A DNA stretch of 64,000 nt from an uncultured delta proteobacterium (GTDB lineage: Bacteria; Desulfobacterota; Desulfomonilia; UBA1062): contig CAWCTR010000007.1 in assembly GCA_963798485.1 (NCBI GenBank), forward strand, positions 512,001 through 576,000, given 5' to 3'. Positions 49,124-58,682 of the stretch are shown one piece after another. The stretch's first letter is position 1. Each line of letters begins with the position of its first letter. Both the position numbers and the translations under genes were made by a program. The notes beneath the pieces are model-generated. The model saw nothing but the letters and a program-made list of their open reading frames with translations, searched no databases and was not told the origin of the DNA.

Positions 49124-52108
49124 TTATCTCGCCAATACTTCATAGATATTCATAGCGACCTTGAAATTGACGCCGAGGGCATCAAAGTGTGCCTTACCGC
49201 AGTCGATCTTCTGATTTTCAATATCGCGACGGTTGTCACGGTCATGGGTACTCTTGGATTCTCGGACCAAGTAGAGCTTTTCATCGTTCTCGGTCACCAC
49301 TGCCCAGTCGGGGTTGTAGTTGCCTAGGGGAGTGGGTACGACAAACCATCGGGGAAGCTTACAGTAGAACTTGACGTTTTCACTCGAATCCAGCTTCTCA
49401 GCAATCTCACGCTCTACTTCGGAATCGAAAGGAACGAAATCATATGGCGTCCTGTCATCCCTGCTCTGGATCTCATAGAGGCGGCTTAGGTACTCTTCAA
49501 TTTCACGTTCCTCAAAGAGCCTCATCTCATAGATCTGACCTTCAATATGTTCGTACTTGATGCCCTCAACTACCATCTCATGCAAGGCACGGTTGATCAG
49601 CTTGGCCGTCTCGGTCATAAATGTCTGGGGGTTGATGGCGAACTCTTTCAGACGACCGGATGCCTTTAGGATCTCTACAAGCGTACCCCTGGTTAATTCG
49701 GTTTCTCTTTGCAGATAGGCCAGAATATCAGGAAGGAACCTGGGGCCAGGCGCATATTCAATACGGCTCTCTCGAACCATACCGGCTTCAATCCCCGCTT
49801 CCGTGACATCCACCTCGGTCTTGTCGATGAGGATACTGACCGGCTGGATCTTTTCCATCTTCTCGATCTTCATCGCAGCTAGGGCAACAAGCTTACCTGT
49901 TTCAAACTCAACGGAATAGCGGGTCTTCTTGTTGATCTTCTGCCAGAGGGCCTTAAATTCTTCATTCAACTCGACACGCTTGTTATACTTCAGGGTACAG
50001 CGCTCCCGGGCATTCACGATACGATTCTTAAAGAGGTAGCGCTTTATTTCATCCGTAATAGCCGCCCGCATGGACTCCATCTCAAGCGGCAGTTCTAAGA
50101 CGAATCCTTCTTTTTCCGGGACGAATTTTTCAGTGATATCTCCTAGAAGGTCCAGGTAGCCTTTTTCGACCAGAGCCTGCCATATATTTGCAGAGGCCTC
50201 CTGACCGATGGGCTGATTCGACACCTCATCAATCAATCTTGCAAAGGCGAGCTTCTCCATTCGTCCGAACTTAAACCCGCCACCCACATCATTCTCAATA
50301 TCTTCTTGAAGCCCCTTGGCATAGTCCTTAAAAGACTCGCTGGCAATAACCGTAAGCCTGTTGATAGTTTCATCATAGATGCGCTCACCGTCCTGGTTCA
50401 CCGGAAGCCTCAAACCTCTGCCTAGGGTCTGTCGCCGTTCACGTTCGGTGCCCATCTCCCGCAAGGAGCATATCTGGAAGACATTCGGGTTATCCCATCC
50501 CTCTTTCAGCGCAGAATGACTGAATATGAACCGGAGCGGTTCATCAACGGAGAGTAAGCGTTCTTTGTCCCGCATGATCAGGTGGTAAACCTCATCATCA
50601 GCCTTGGTCGAACCGCTCGTGTCTTTCAAGGATACGATCGCGCCTTTCTTCCTGTCCGCAGAAAAATACCCGTCATGGAGCGCATCCACATTAAAGGATA
50701 GCAGACCTTTGTAGAGCGGTTTCCCGGAGACTTCGGCAAAGGCCTCTTCAAACCACTGGGCAAGTTTGCCTTTCCGGGGGTTTCCCTCATCATCGTACCA
50801 GCGGTAATTGGATACCTTATCAACAAAGAATAAACTGAGAACTTTGATTCCCTTGTCTTTGAACCTGCGTTCTTTTTTGAAATGCTCCTCCACTGCCTGC
50901 CGGATCTGGGCCTTGAGCACCTCATCGCCCATGCCGCCTTCTTCCTGGTTCAGCTCAAGCATTTTCCCATTGGCAAACTCAACATGTTCCAGACCGGCCT
51001 CTGCACAGATATTGGTGACAATGTAACCATCATAGCCCTGCCGGTTGGTCTGCTGGCTTATATCGGTCCCCTGCCTGAGGGTGATCTTTTCCTCCTTCGG
51101 CCCGGTCTTGGTGTCTTTATGGATCGTTGCCTTGGCATGGGGAACTTTCGCATCTTTTGCATAGCCGATGGAATCGATGCGGATAAACGTCTCGTTGAAG
51201 TTCTCTTCCGACCGGATGGAGGCTACTTCGATCTGCTTGACCAGCCGCATATCGTAGGCCTTGATGGGGTCAAGCCGGTAGAGCAGGTTGTAGGGGTTGA
51301 TGTGGGTGGCTGAATAACGAAGACACAAGAGAGAGTTCAAGGTCTTGATTGCCCTTTTTGCTTTGACTGTGTTGTCCACACTCTGGGGCTCATCGATAAT
51401 GACAATGGGGTTCGTGGCCTGGACATATTCGATAGGTCTGCGGCCCGACATTTTATCCTGTTCCTGGTGGATGACATTGAGCTTCTTGCGCTGGTCGTCG
51501 GTCAGTTTTGCATAGTCTTCGATATCTCCGGCATCCTTCTGGAAGGCCTGGATGTTGATGATCATAATCTGGATTTCATTGCTCACTGCAAATTGGCGCA
51601 CCTTGGACAGGTCAGCCGAGTTGTACACGAAATGGTCAAAAGGGATGTTATCATAGAGCCCTTTGAAATGCCCGCTCATGAGTTCGATGGATGAGAGAAC
51701 TCCTTCCCGGATAGCAACCGAGGGGACCACAATGATGAATTTCTTGAAGTCATACATGCGGTTCAGCTCAAAGATGGTGCGCAGGTAGACATAGGTTTTG
51801 CCGGTTCCTGTCTCCATTTCCACGGAAAAATTTGGGAAGGAATAGGGATCTCCCTTTTCGATCAGAGAAAGGGACTTGGGCATGATGCCACGCTCCTGCA
51901 CGGCATGGAGGTTTTTTAGCATCTGGTGAGGATTCATTACCAGTTGATTTGCCACTCCCAATTCGGTTTGTTCTGCCCCCATGAAGAAGTCTGTGCTCAG
52001 CCTTACCTCGAAGGCACTTTGTTTCGACGGCAGGCCTTCAAAGAGGTCTGTTACCGATCTGATGGCCTCCATCTGGTATTCAAGGCTCGAATCAAATTTC
52101 AGCTTCAC
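49124..52108 (-). CDS. res: Type III restriction endonuclease Res subunit
   Basis: VEMETGTGKT, IIDEPQ, LRYSATH, EGWDNPNVFQIC, GRGLR, C-terminal YNPDW...VRESK nuclease; GTG start at 52108 with GGAGG RBS. Confidence 0.92.
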   Translation of the reverse strand: MKLKFDSSLEYQMEAIRSVTDLFEGLPSKQSAFEVRLSTDFFMGAEQTELGVANQLVMNPHQMLKNLHAVQERGIMPKSLSLIEKGDPYSFPNFSVEMETGTGKTYVYLRTIFELNRMYDFKKFIIVVPSVAIREGVLSSIELMSGHFKGLYDNIPFDHFVYNSADLSKVRQFAVSNEIQIMIINIQAFQKDAGDIEDYAKLTDDQRKKLNVIHQEQDKMSGRRPIEYVQATNPIVIIDEPQSVDNTVKAKRAIKTLNSLLCLRYSATHINPYNLLYRLDPIKAYDMRLVKQIEVASIRSEENFNETFIRIDSIGYAKDAKVPHAKATIHKDTKTGPKEEKITLRQGTDISQQTNRQGYDGYIVTNICAEAGLEHVEFANGKMLELNQEEGGMGDEVLKAQIRQAVEEHFKKERRFKDKGIKVLSLFFVDKVSNYRWYDDEGNPRKGKLAQWFEEAFAEVSGKPLYKGLLSFNVDALHDGYFSADRKKGAIVSLKDTSGSTKADDEVYHLIMRDKERLLSVDEPLRFIFSHSALKEGWDNPNVFQICSLREMGTERERRQTLGRGLRLPVNQDGERIYDETINRLTVIASESFKDYAKGLQEDIENDVGGGFKFGRMEKLAFARLIDEVSNQPIGQEASANIWQALVEKGYLDLLGDITEKFVPEKEGFVLELPLEMESMRAAITDEIKRYLFKNRIVNARERCTLKYNKRVELNEEFKALWQKINKKTRYSVEFETGKLVALAAMKIEKMEKIQPVSILIDKTEVDVTEAGIEAGMVRESRIEYAPGPRFLPDILAYLQRETELTRGTLVEILKASGRLKEFAINPQTFMTETAKLINRALHEMVVEGIKYEHIEGQIYEMRLFEEREIEEYLSRLYEIQSRDDRTPYDFVPFDSEVEREIAEKLDSSENVKFYCKLPRWFVVPTPLGNYNPDWAVVTENDEKLYLVRESKSTHDRDNRRDIENQKIDCGKAHFDALGVNFKVAMNIYEVLAR

Positions 52109-52200
52109 CGTGGAAAACCCCTCCGGTTGTGGGTTATCCAAAGAGAAGTTGCGGATGTTTGCGGATTATTCATGGTAGTCATACTTATCTGCAACTCCTC

Positions 52201-54183
52201 TTACACTGTTCTGAACACGATCTGTTCAGCCTTATCTCTGCCCTGGTTGCGTGCATTAAAGGTCTGCACTGCATTGGCCTTGAGCTGGTCATTGCCCTGG
52301 AAGCCTTTGTCCAGGCAGATGAACTGCATAGGCTCTGCTGCTGCAACGGCATCAATCAGCTCACGGGTGATCTTATCCTCAAGACAGATGAGCAAGGCCC
52401 CTTCGGCTACGGAGAAAACCGTCATCCCTGCCATTTCAAGTTTCTGAACCTTCTCAGTCGGCATGAAGCCTGCCTTTAAAAGCAGCTCATAGAGAATATC
52501 TTCCTGTGATGCATGAGGATTGATATGATCGATGTGCAATGTAAGCTGCCTGATCATCTCTTCTTCGGATGCACCCGGCCTGGAGCCGTCCCAGATCTTG
52601 AAGGTGGACCTGTCGAGCTTGAAGACCTTGAAGCCAAGATCAATCACGGGTAGGTTCTCAGCCATGCCTGGTAAAGCACCGATGGCTTCTTTAACCTTTA
52701 CTGCCCGTTCCTCCTCGATCTTCTTAATCACTCGACGAATACGTTCCTTGCCGATATCAGCGATTGTATTATATCCGGCCTTGAAGGCTTCCGAATCTTC
52801 CTCGCAGGGCTCCGGGAGTTGGACCATGATGAACTTCCTGTTACCACCATCCTCCTTATTCAGGTCGAGAACTGCGTGTGCGGTAGCAGAAGAGCCAGCG
52901 AAGAAGTCTAGGACTAAATCATCCCTTGAAACAGATATCTCTAACATCCTCTTTAAAAGACGGACTGGTTTTGGAGTACTGAATATTTTTTTACCTAAAA
53001 GCTGTCCTGTTTCTTTTTGCCCCTCATCATTGTGTCCAACCTCCTCAAAGGTCCACCATGTAGAGGGTACTATTCCTTCTTGAATTTCAGTAAGAAAGCG
53101 TTTCAGTCTTGGTTTCTTATACGATAGATCTGGACCCCAATATAGCCTACTTTCTGCCTCCATCTGTTGATGCTTTTCTTTGGTGTAACGCCACACAGCA
53201 TTTTCATCAGGCCATATTTCTTCACCAGTTTTAGGGTGGATAATTGAATACCAGAGTGTTGGTCGTTCAGATTTTGATTTGCTACTTACATATTCTCCAG
53301 ATGTCCAATCACCGCGAGGATCATTGTCTGGATTACTGTACCGCTGTAATTGCTTCTCCGTTCTGGGTAGAAGTTTTCGCTGGAATGATTCGGATTTTCT
53401 ATATGACAAAATATGATCGTGCATAGGGGCAATACTTGGATCATCATTTGAAACAGAATATTTCTTCTGCCAAACTACATTTGCCACAAAATTATCTTCT
53501 CCAAAAATCTCATCACAAAGCTTCCTCAGGTTGCTCACCTCATTGTCATCGATAGAGATAAAGATCACTCCGTCTTCCCGCAGGAGATTCCGTGCCAGGT
53601 AGAGCCGGGGATATATCATGTTGAGCCACCTGGTGTGAAAACGACCTTCATTGGGGGAATTGGTCGAGAATTTCTTCCCTTCGTCATCCACAAGCCCGGC
53701 ATAGGCAAGATAGGTCTCTAAGGTTTCAGCATATTTGTCAGGATAAATAAACTCCTTGCCGGTGTTGTAGGGCGGATCGATGTAGATCATCTTGACCTTG
53801 CCGTAGTATGACTTCTGCAGGAGCTTGAGCACCTCCAGATTGTCACCCTCAATGAAGAGGTTTTCTGTGGCATCGAAGTTGATCGACTCCTCACGGCAAG
53901 GTTTCAGCGTGGCAACCGAAGGCTGCTGGATGAGCTTTAAACAATCCTTTTTACCAGGCCAGTCCATGCCATAACGCTCACGCCTGGATTCGAAAATATC
54001 ACTAAACGCCCCCAAATCTGCCTTGAGCTTTTCAAAGTCAATTGTTTCGACCAGCTCACCTTTCTCATTTCGCGATTCGGTAAAGACCGATGGGAAGAGG
54101 GCCTTCAGCTTGGCCCTGTTTCCTGTGCTTATATCCATGGACCGCAGGTCCATTTGCCCTGGTATTCCATTCGGTTCCTTCAT
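52201..54183 (-). CDS. mod: Type III R-M adenine methyltransferase Mod subunit
   Basis: IEGDNLEVLK, IYIDPPYNTG, TPKPVRL, LDFFAGSSAT; immediately upstream of res. Confidence 0.93.
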   Translation of the reverse strand: MKEPNGIPGQMDLRSMDISTGNRAKLKALFPSVFTESRNEKGELVETIDFEKLKADLGAFSDIFESRRERYGMDWPGKKDCLKLIQQPSVATLKPCREESINFDATENLFIEGDNLEVLKLLQKSYYGKVKMIYIDPPYNTGKEFIYPDKYAETLETYLAYAGLVDDEGKKFSTNSPNEGRFHTRWLNMIYPRLYLARNLLREDGVIFISIDDNEVSNLRKLCDEIFGEDNFVANVVWQKKYSVSNDDPSIAPMHDHILSYRKSESFQRKLLPRTEKQLQRYSNPDNDPRGDWTSGEYVSSKSKSERPTLWYSIIHPKTGEEIWPDENAVWRYTKEKHQQMEAESRLYWGPDLSYKKPRLKRFLTEIQEGIVPSTWWTFEEVGHNDEGQKETGQLLGKKIFSTPKPVRLLKRMLEISVSRDDLVLDFFAGSSATAHAVLDLNKEDGGNRKFIMVQLPEPCEEDSEAFKAGYNTIADIGKERIRRVIKKIEEERAVKVKEAIGALPGMAENLPVIDLGFKVFKLDRSTFKIWDGSRPGASEEEMIRQLTLHIDHINPHASQEDILYELLLKAGFMPTEKVQKLEMAGMTVFSVAEGALLICLEDKITRELIDAVAAAEPMQFICLDKGFQGNDQLKANAVQTFNARNQGRDKAEQIVFRTV

Positions 54184-55586
54184 GGCATCTGCTCCCGTTG
54201 CTTCAAGATCTGTTTCCCCTTTCCCGTGAGGCGGTATTGCTGTTTACTGCTCCGGGGTTTTTCAGGGATGGTCATCTCAATGCAGCCTGCTTTCAGGGCG
54301 GGCTTGATGTAATCATATAAAAAAGTAGGACGATGCACAAGTTTAAGCCGGACCATCAATGTTTTCATGTCAACAGGTTCATCACCAAGGACTGCCATAA
54401 GGCGGCCTACTTGTTCGGTGACTTGTTCGGTGACTTGTTCGGTCCCCTTGCTTAATTCCCGCGCCGCCTCGGTGCTCTTGCCGGGACGTTGGAAGATGAC
54501 CGTTACCCAGCTCTGATTGCATTCCAACACCGGCTCTTCTATTTCATACTCACGGCACAGGTCTCTGATTCGTTTGATACCGGAACCGATATGTTCCACC
54601 AGGTTCATGCGGTACATAGCCCCGAAGAGAAGCGGGTTACGCGGCACGCTCTTTTTCCCGAGGTCTTCTTCCCGCATTCCTGCAGGAAGCCCGCCCGGAC
54701 TGACTATCTCTATCCTGTCGGAAAAAAGGTAGATCTGAATATTTGCAGTGGCCCGATAATCCCTATGGGCGACGGCATTGATGAGGGCTTCTCGAATGGC
54801 TGCTTCAGGCAGCTCAAGTCGTTCGGTCCGCCGTGCTCCTGCTATGATGAACTCGGTATTGAGCTTTGATAATATGTACTCTATGGCAGACTCACAATTC
54901 GTATGAATGTCTGAGGAGAAATCCTTGCGGTCAAGGATACGGGTTTTTGTGTTTCCCATGAAAAGGGCACAGGAGATGGTAGCGCTGATGTTGTATGTGG
55001 TAACGTCTTCAGCCAATAACCATGACCCGGCATTCGTCATCTTTCCATTTCGGATGAGATGCAGATTTTCCAGGGCATGAAACGGGTCAAGGGTTGACGG
55101 TATATGGGCGATACCGGCGAAGCGCCTATATCCTTCCATCTGCAGATCCCTTGAGAGGTTAAAAGTTTCACACGGCATTTCATCAAACCTGATAAGGCCT
55201 TCTTTGAAGAAGAATTCCCGAATCTCTTCCCGCCCCATCTGCTGAGAATTAGCTCCTTCCCTGATAAAGAACTTCCCGGCAAAGGAGTACGGTTTACTGT
55301 GTTGTTCGGGCACGGTAATGCATAAGATGTCTTCTATACTTTCAATATCAACAGCCAGCGGGGGTTCCATGGATCGTGCAATTGTTTGGATCTCCGACTT
55401 TATCTTGTTGTGGTTCTTTATACCCATGATCGTCCCGTCGTCGGACACACCGATAAGCATTACGCCACCAGTGGCGTTCCCGAACGCACAAAGGTCCCGG
55501 CCTATAGTGCCTGAGACAGACCGTTTAAATTCGAGGGTAAACCCTTCTCCGAGACCTATAAGTTGTTCTAACTGAGAACTATTCAT
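54180..55586 (-). CDS. Schlafen/AlbA_2 domain protein with HATPase-like (RecG_C-type) domain and C-terminal HTH
   Basis: EGFTLEFKR...AFGNATGG.MLIGVSDDG; REALINAVAHRDY; SPGGLP; RNPLL; GSGIKRI; TIPEKPRSSKQQYRLT. Confidence 0.85.
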   Translation of the reverse strand: MNSSQLEQLIGLGEGFTLEFKRSVSGTIGRDLCAFGNATGGVMLIGVSDDGTIMGIKNHNKIKSEIQTIARSMEPPLAVDIESIEDILCITVPEQHSKPYSFAGKFFIREGANSQQMGREEIREFFFKEGLIRFDEMPCETFNLSRDLQMEGYRRFAGIAHIPSTLDPFHALENLHLIRNGKMTNAGSWLLAEDVTTYNISATISCALFMGNTKTRILDRKDFSSDIHTNCESAIEYILSKLNTEFIIAGARRTERLELPEAAIREALINAVAHRDYRATANIQIYLFSDRIEIVSPGGLPAGMREEDLGKKSVPRNPLLFGAMYRMNLVEHIGSGIKRIRDLCREYEIEEPVLECNQSWVTVIFQRPGKSTEAARELSKGTEQVTEQVTEQVGRLMAVLGDEPVDMKTLMVRLKLVHRPTFLYDYIKPALKAGCIEMTIPEKPRSSKQQYRLTGKGKQILKQREQMP

Positions 55587-55937
55587 TCAAGCCTCCACTG
55601 TACCGTGAAAAGGGTCTCTTCTTCAACCTCCTGATGCAGGCGGGCCTCAACCCGGTCTATCAGGGAGTCTTTTTGTTGCTCGATGTCTCGGGCCGCCTCG
55701 TCGTACTGTCGCCATGCCTCATCCCGCTTCAATGGTTTTGCCGAGCCCCACTTCATCCGCGAGTACGGCCCCTTTCGAGAGAGGTGATTGAAATGCAAAC
55801 AATGCCGCATCCATCTGGTGAGTGTTCAGATCGACCCGGGAGTCCATTAAAGCGGCTGTGAAACGTTCCACACTATCAGACGGGCAGCGCCTCAACAGCT
55901 CATTGGCGAAAAGCTTGGCGTGATAATCCGTGATCAT
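55583..55937 (-). pseudogene. SNF2-family helicase remnant with a large internal deletion
   Basis: N-terminus up to Walker A (LNTHQMDAA...LADEVGLGKTIEAG) joined out of frame to a C-terminal tail (KRDEAWRQYDEAARDIEQQKD...LFTVQWRLE). Confidence 0.8.
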
Positions 55938-56096
55938 CTACAAGATAACAACTCCATATTTTATTAAATGTTTACAAATAATTAAGCAAAGTATTATCTT
56001 ATCAGTTCAGAATGTCAAGTAAAGCAGGACATTTAATACAACATCTTTAATGCTATATTGCCAGTTGAGTATAACACCGAATTTCGGAAGGACTGA

Positions 56097-56168
56097 CTGC
56101 TAAGCGAATGTAGGGTCAAAAGCTCTACCGAGGGTTCGAATCCCTCTCTCTCCGCCATAGTCCGCACT
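56097..56168 (+). repeat. 72-bp direct repeat, right att site (tRNA-Ser 3' fragment)
   Basis: CTGCTAAGCG...TCCGCCATAGTCCGCACT, identical to 48593-48664. Confidence 0.93.
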
Positions 56169-56304
56169 GTCTGAGTGTTCTTCCCTTTATCTTTAGCTCA
56201 CCGAATATACCACTTCTCGTAGGATAAATCAGTTCTCCAGAAATGTTCAGATTCTGCCGATATATATAATTATACCTTCATGGAGGATGAAAAGGAGTTC
56301 AGGG

Positions 56305-56415
56305 ATGACTATGAAAGAAGTCATTAAAAGCCTCATCTTGAGCCCATGCTATCTGAAGATAAAGCTCAAGGATCGGGCAAAGCTGGTCCGCAGACTTTCC
56401 TACAGGAAACCCTAA
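56305..56415 (+). CDS. Small hypothetical protein MTMKEVIKSLILSPCYLKIKLKDRAKLVRRLSYRKP
   Basis: AAGGAG RBS, 36 codons, below the ORF-track cutoff; convergent with priA. Confidence 0.45.
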   Translation: MTMKEVIKSLILSPCYLKIKLKDRAKLVRRLSYRKP

Positions 56416-56429
56416 AGACCTTATTGGCC

Positions 56430-58589
56430 TTACATCATGGAATAAGGGTCCACATCGATCCTGAGGTCTGCCTCCTGCGGACATCGGACCTGTTCAATGA
56501 TGTCAAGGGCCTTGTGAAGTGAACCTCTGTTCTTGGACCTCAAAATGATATGCCATCTGTTGCGGTTTCTTAAAAGCGAAATGGGGGCCGGGGCAGGACC
56601 GAGGACCTCGACGCCTTGTATCTTAACAACCGATGCAATCTGAGTGCAGAACTCTTGAGCCGTCTTGTCTTTGGCCGAGCTGATCACACATCGGGCCATG
56701 TGGGAGAATGGCGGGAAGCCGGTTGCCTTTCTGATGTCCTGTTCCATTTCTATCATAGAGAGATAATCATAGCGTGAAATCGAGTGGATAAGCGGGTGGT
56801 CAGGGATAAGGGTCTGGATGATCACCTTGGTGTCGGACTTCCGCCTGCCTGCACGTCCGGCTACCTGTACTATCTGCTGGAAGGTCCTCTCCAGGCTCCT
56901 GAAGTCGGGCATATGCAGAAGCTGCTCGGTATAAATCACCCCCACCAGGGTAAGATTGGGGAAGTCATGTCCCTTGGCGATCATCTGGGTGCCCACAATG
57001 ATGTCCACATCGCCGGCCCTGATGGCATCGAGGGCGGTTGTCAATTTTATCGCAGTCGTTATCTCGTCCGAGTCCATACGCAACAGACGCTTATCCGCAC
57101 AGGCCTTTTCCACTGAGGCTATGACCTGTTCCGTACCCATTCCAATGGGTTTCATATCGAGACATCCGCAGGAGGGGCAGATCTCCGGCAATTTCATGGT
57201 AAAGCCGCACCAGTGGCATAGGCCTAAACCCTTGGCCTTGTGGTAGGTGAGGCTCCTGTCGCAGCGTTTGCACTTAAGGACCTTGCCGCATCCCGGGCAT
57301 ACCATGGCGGCCGAGAACCCCCTCCGGTTGATAAAGAGCAGCACCTGCTCGCCCCTATTGACGGTATGGTTCATCTCCGTGATGAGTCTTTCCGACAGCG
57401 GTCCTTCCACCCCCCTCATATCCACGATCTCTACTGCCGGCAATGCTGCGGGGCCGATACGGTTCGGCATGGCGATGAGGCTTGAATGCGATAACCGTGA
57501 GCGTTGATAAGTCTCCATGCTCGGTGTGGCGGAGCCCAGGATCACCACGGCCTGGTTGTTCCTTGCCCGCAGGATGCTCAGGTCCCTTGCGTTATAGGGT
57601 ATGCCGTCATCCTGCTTGTAGCTGTGGTCATGTTCTTCGTCCACTATGATGAGGCCGATGTCCTTCAAAGGCGAGAAGACCGCTGAACGGGTACCGAGAA
57701 TGAAATTGACACCCCCTAGGGCCACCTTCATGAATTCCCTTGCCCGGTCCTTTGGGGAAAGGCCAGAATGGAACACCGCCACCTCTACAGGTATCCTGCC
57801 CTTAACCATGTCGATGGTCTGGGGTGTCAGGGCGATCTCAGGGACCAGATAGAGAACCGACTTGCCTTGCCTGAGGGCCTCCAGTGCAGTTGCCAGGTAT
57901 ACCTCGGTCTTGCCCGATCCTGTGATCCCATGGAGTACATAGGTGTGAAATCTTAGGGCCTTGATGGCCTTGGTTATCTCTTGAACAGCCATCTGCTGGT
58001 CCGGGGTGTACTCCGGTGTCGGGGAGCAGGAAGGGACGAAGCTGCTAGGCCCTTCTTTGAGCTCTATGAGGCCGCGTTTGAGGAGGCCCTTTATCTTCCC
58101 GGCCATGCCCGGTAAACAGCGTTTGAGGTCACTCAAGCGGATGCCTGTATGGGGAATGGAATCAAGGACGGCTTTCTGTTGAGGTCCGGTCCTGGTGTGT
58201 ATGCGATTGGTCCTGAATACGACCGGGTCCTTATCAATTGGTATAGTGCGCCCCCCCCTGAGGTATGGGGGAAAGGCAAGCGCCATGCAGGGGCCTATGC
58301 CTGCATGGTAATATCTCGAGGTCCAGGTTATGAGCTCGATCAGCTCTGATGTTATGACGGGACTCTCATCAAGTGCGCATATGAGGTCCTTTAACCCTTC
58401 ATTTGTCTGGGTTCCCTCATGGATGCCGATGATGACCCCGATCCTTGCCGCCTTCCTGACCGGTGCTGCGACCCTGCAGCCTACCTTCGGGGATACCCCT
58501 TCAGGGATCGAATAAGAGAGAACTTTGGGTATGTTTGTAAGAATGACAACATCGGCTATGAGGGCTCCCATAAAGGACTGCTCTACCAT
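56430..58589 (-). CDS. priA: Primosomal protein N' (replication restart helicase)
   Basis: GITGSGKTEVY, LVPEIALTPQ, DEEHD.SYKQ, four CxxC pairs, GTQMIAKGHDFP, QVAGRAGR, IDVDP. Confidence 0.96.
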   Translation of the reverse strand: MVEQSFMGALIADVVILTNIPKVLSYSIPEGVSPKVGCRVAAPVRKAARIGVIIGIHEGTQTNEGLKDLICALDESPVITSELIELITWTSRYYHAGIGPCMALAFPPYLRGGRTIPIDKDPVVFRTNRIHTRTGPQQKAVLDSIPHTGIRLSDLKRCLPGMAGKIKGLLKRGLIELKEGPSSFVPSCSPTPEYTPDQQMAVQEITKAIKALRFHTYVLHGITGSGKTEVYLATALEALRQGKSVLYLVPEIALTPQTIDMVKGRIPVEVAVFHSGLSPKDRAREFMKVALGGVNFILGTRSAVFSPLKDIGLIIVDEEHDHSYKQDDGIPYNARDLSILRARNNQAVVILGSATPSMETYQRSRLSHSSLIAMPNRIGPAALPAVEIVDMRGVEGPLSERLITEMNHTVNRGEQVLLFINRRGFSAAMVCPGCGKVLKCKRCDRSLTYHKAKGLGLCHWCGFTMKLPEICPSCGCLDMKPIGMGTEQVIASVEKACADKRLLRMDSDEITTAIKLTTALDAIRAGDVDIIVGTQMIAKGHDFPNLTLVGVIYTEQLLHMPDFRSLERTFQQIVQVAGRAGRRKSDTKVIIQTLIPDHPLIHSISRYDYLSMIEMEQDIRKATGFPPFSHMARCVISSAKDKTAQEFCTQIASVVKIQGVEVLGPAPAPISLLRNRNRWHIILRSKNRGSLHKALDIIEQVRCPQEADLRIDVDPYSMM

Positions 58590-58682
58590 GGAGTCATGAG
58601 CAGATAAAATCTTTTCTTTGATATGCTTGACTGATTGTATCCTTCCCCTTTATATTCATACAGACAAAAGGGGGAGGGTTCG

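Larger units (their letters stand above)
48665..56096. mobile_element. tRNA-Ser-integrated defence island (7.4 kb), no integrase visible
   Basis: Bounded by 72-bp direct repeats; carries res, mod, an AlbA_2 protein and an SNF2 remnant. Confidence 0.85.

Noticed and set aside
52201-54183. Phase-variable mod (phasevarion)
   Set aside because: No simple-sequence repeat tract seen in the gene.
54410-54443. 12-bp tandem repeat encoding TEQV three times
   Set aside because: In-frame low-complexity linker typical of these proteins; it cannot switch the frame.
56097-56157. Second tRNA-Ser gene
   Set aside because: Lacks the 5' acceptor strand, D-arm and most of the anticodon 5' stem; it is the att duplication.
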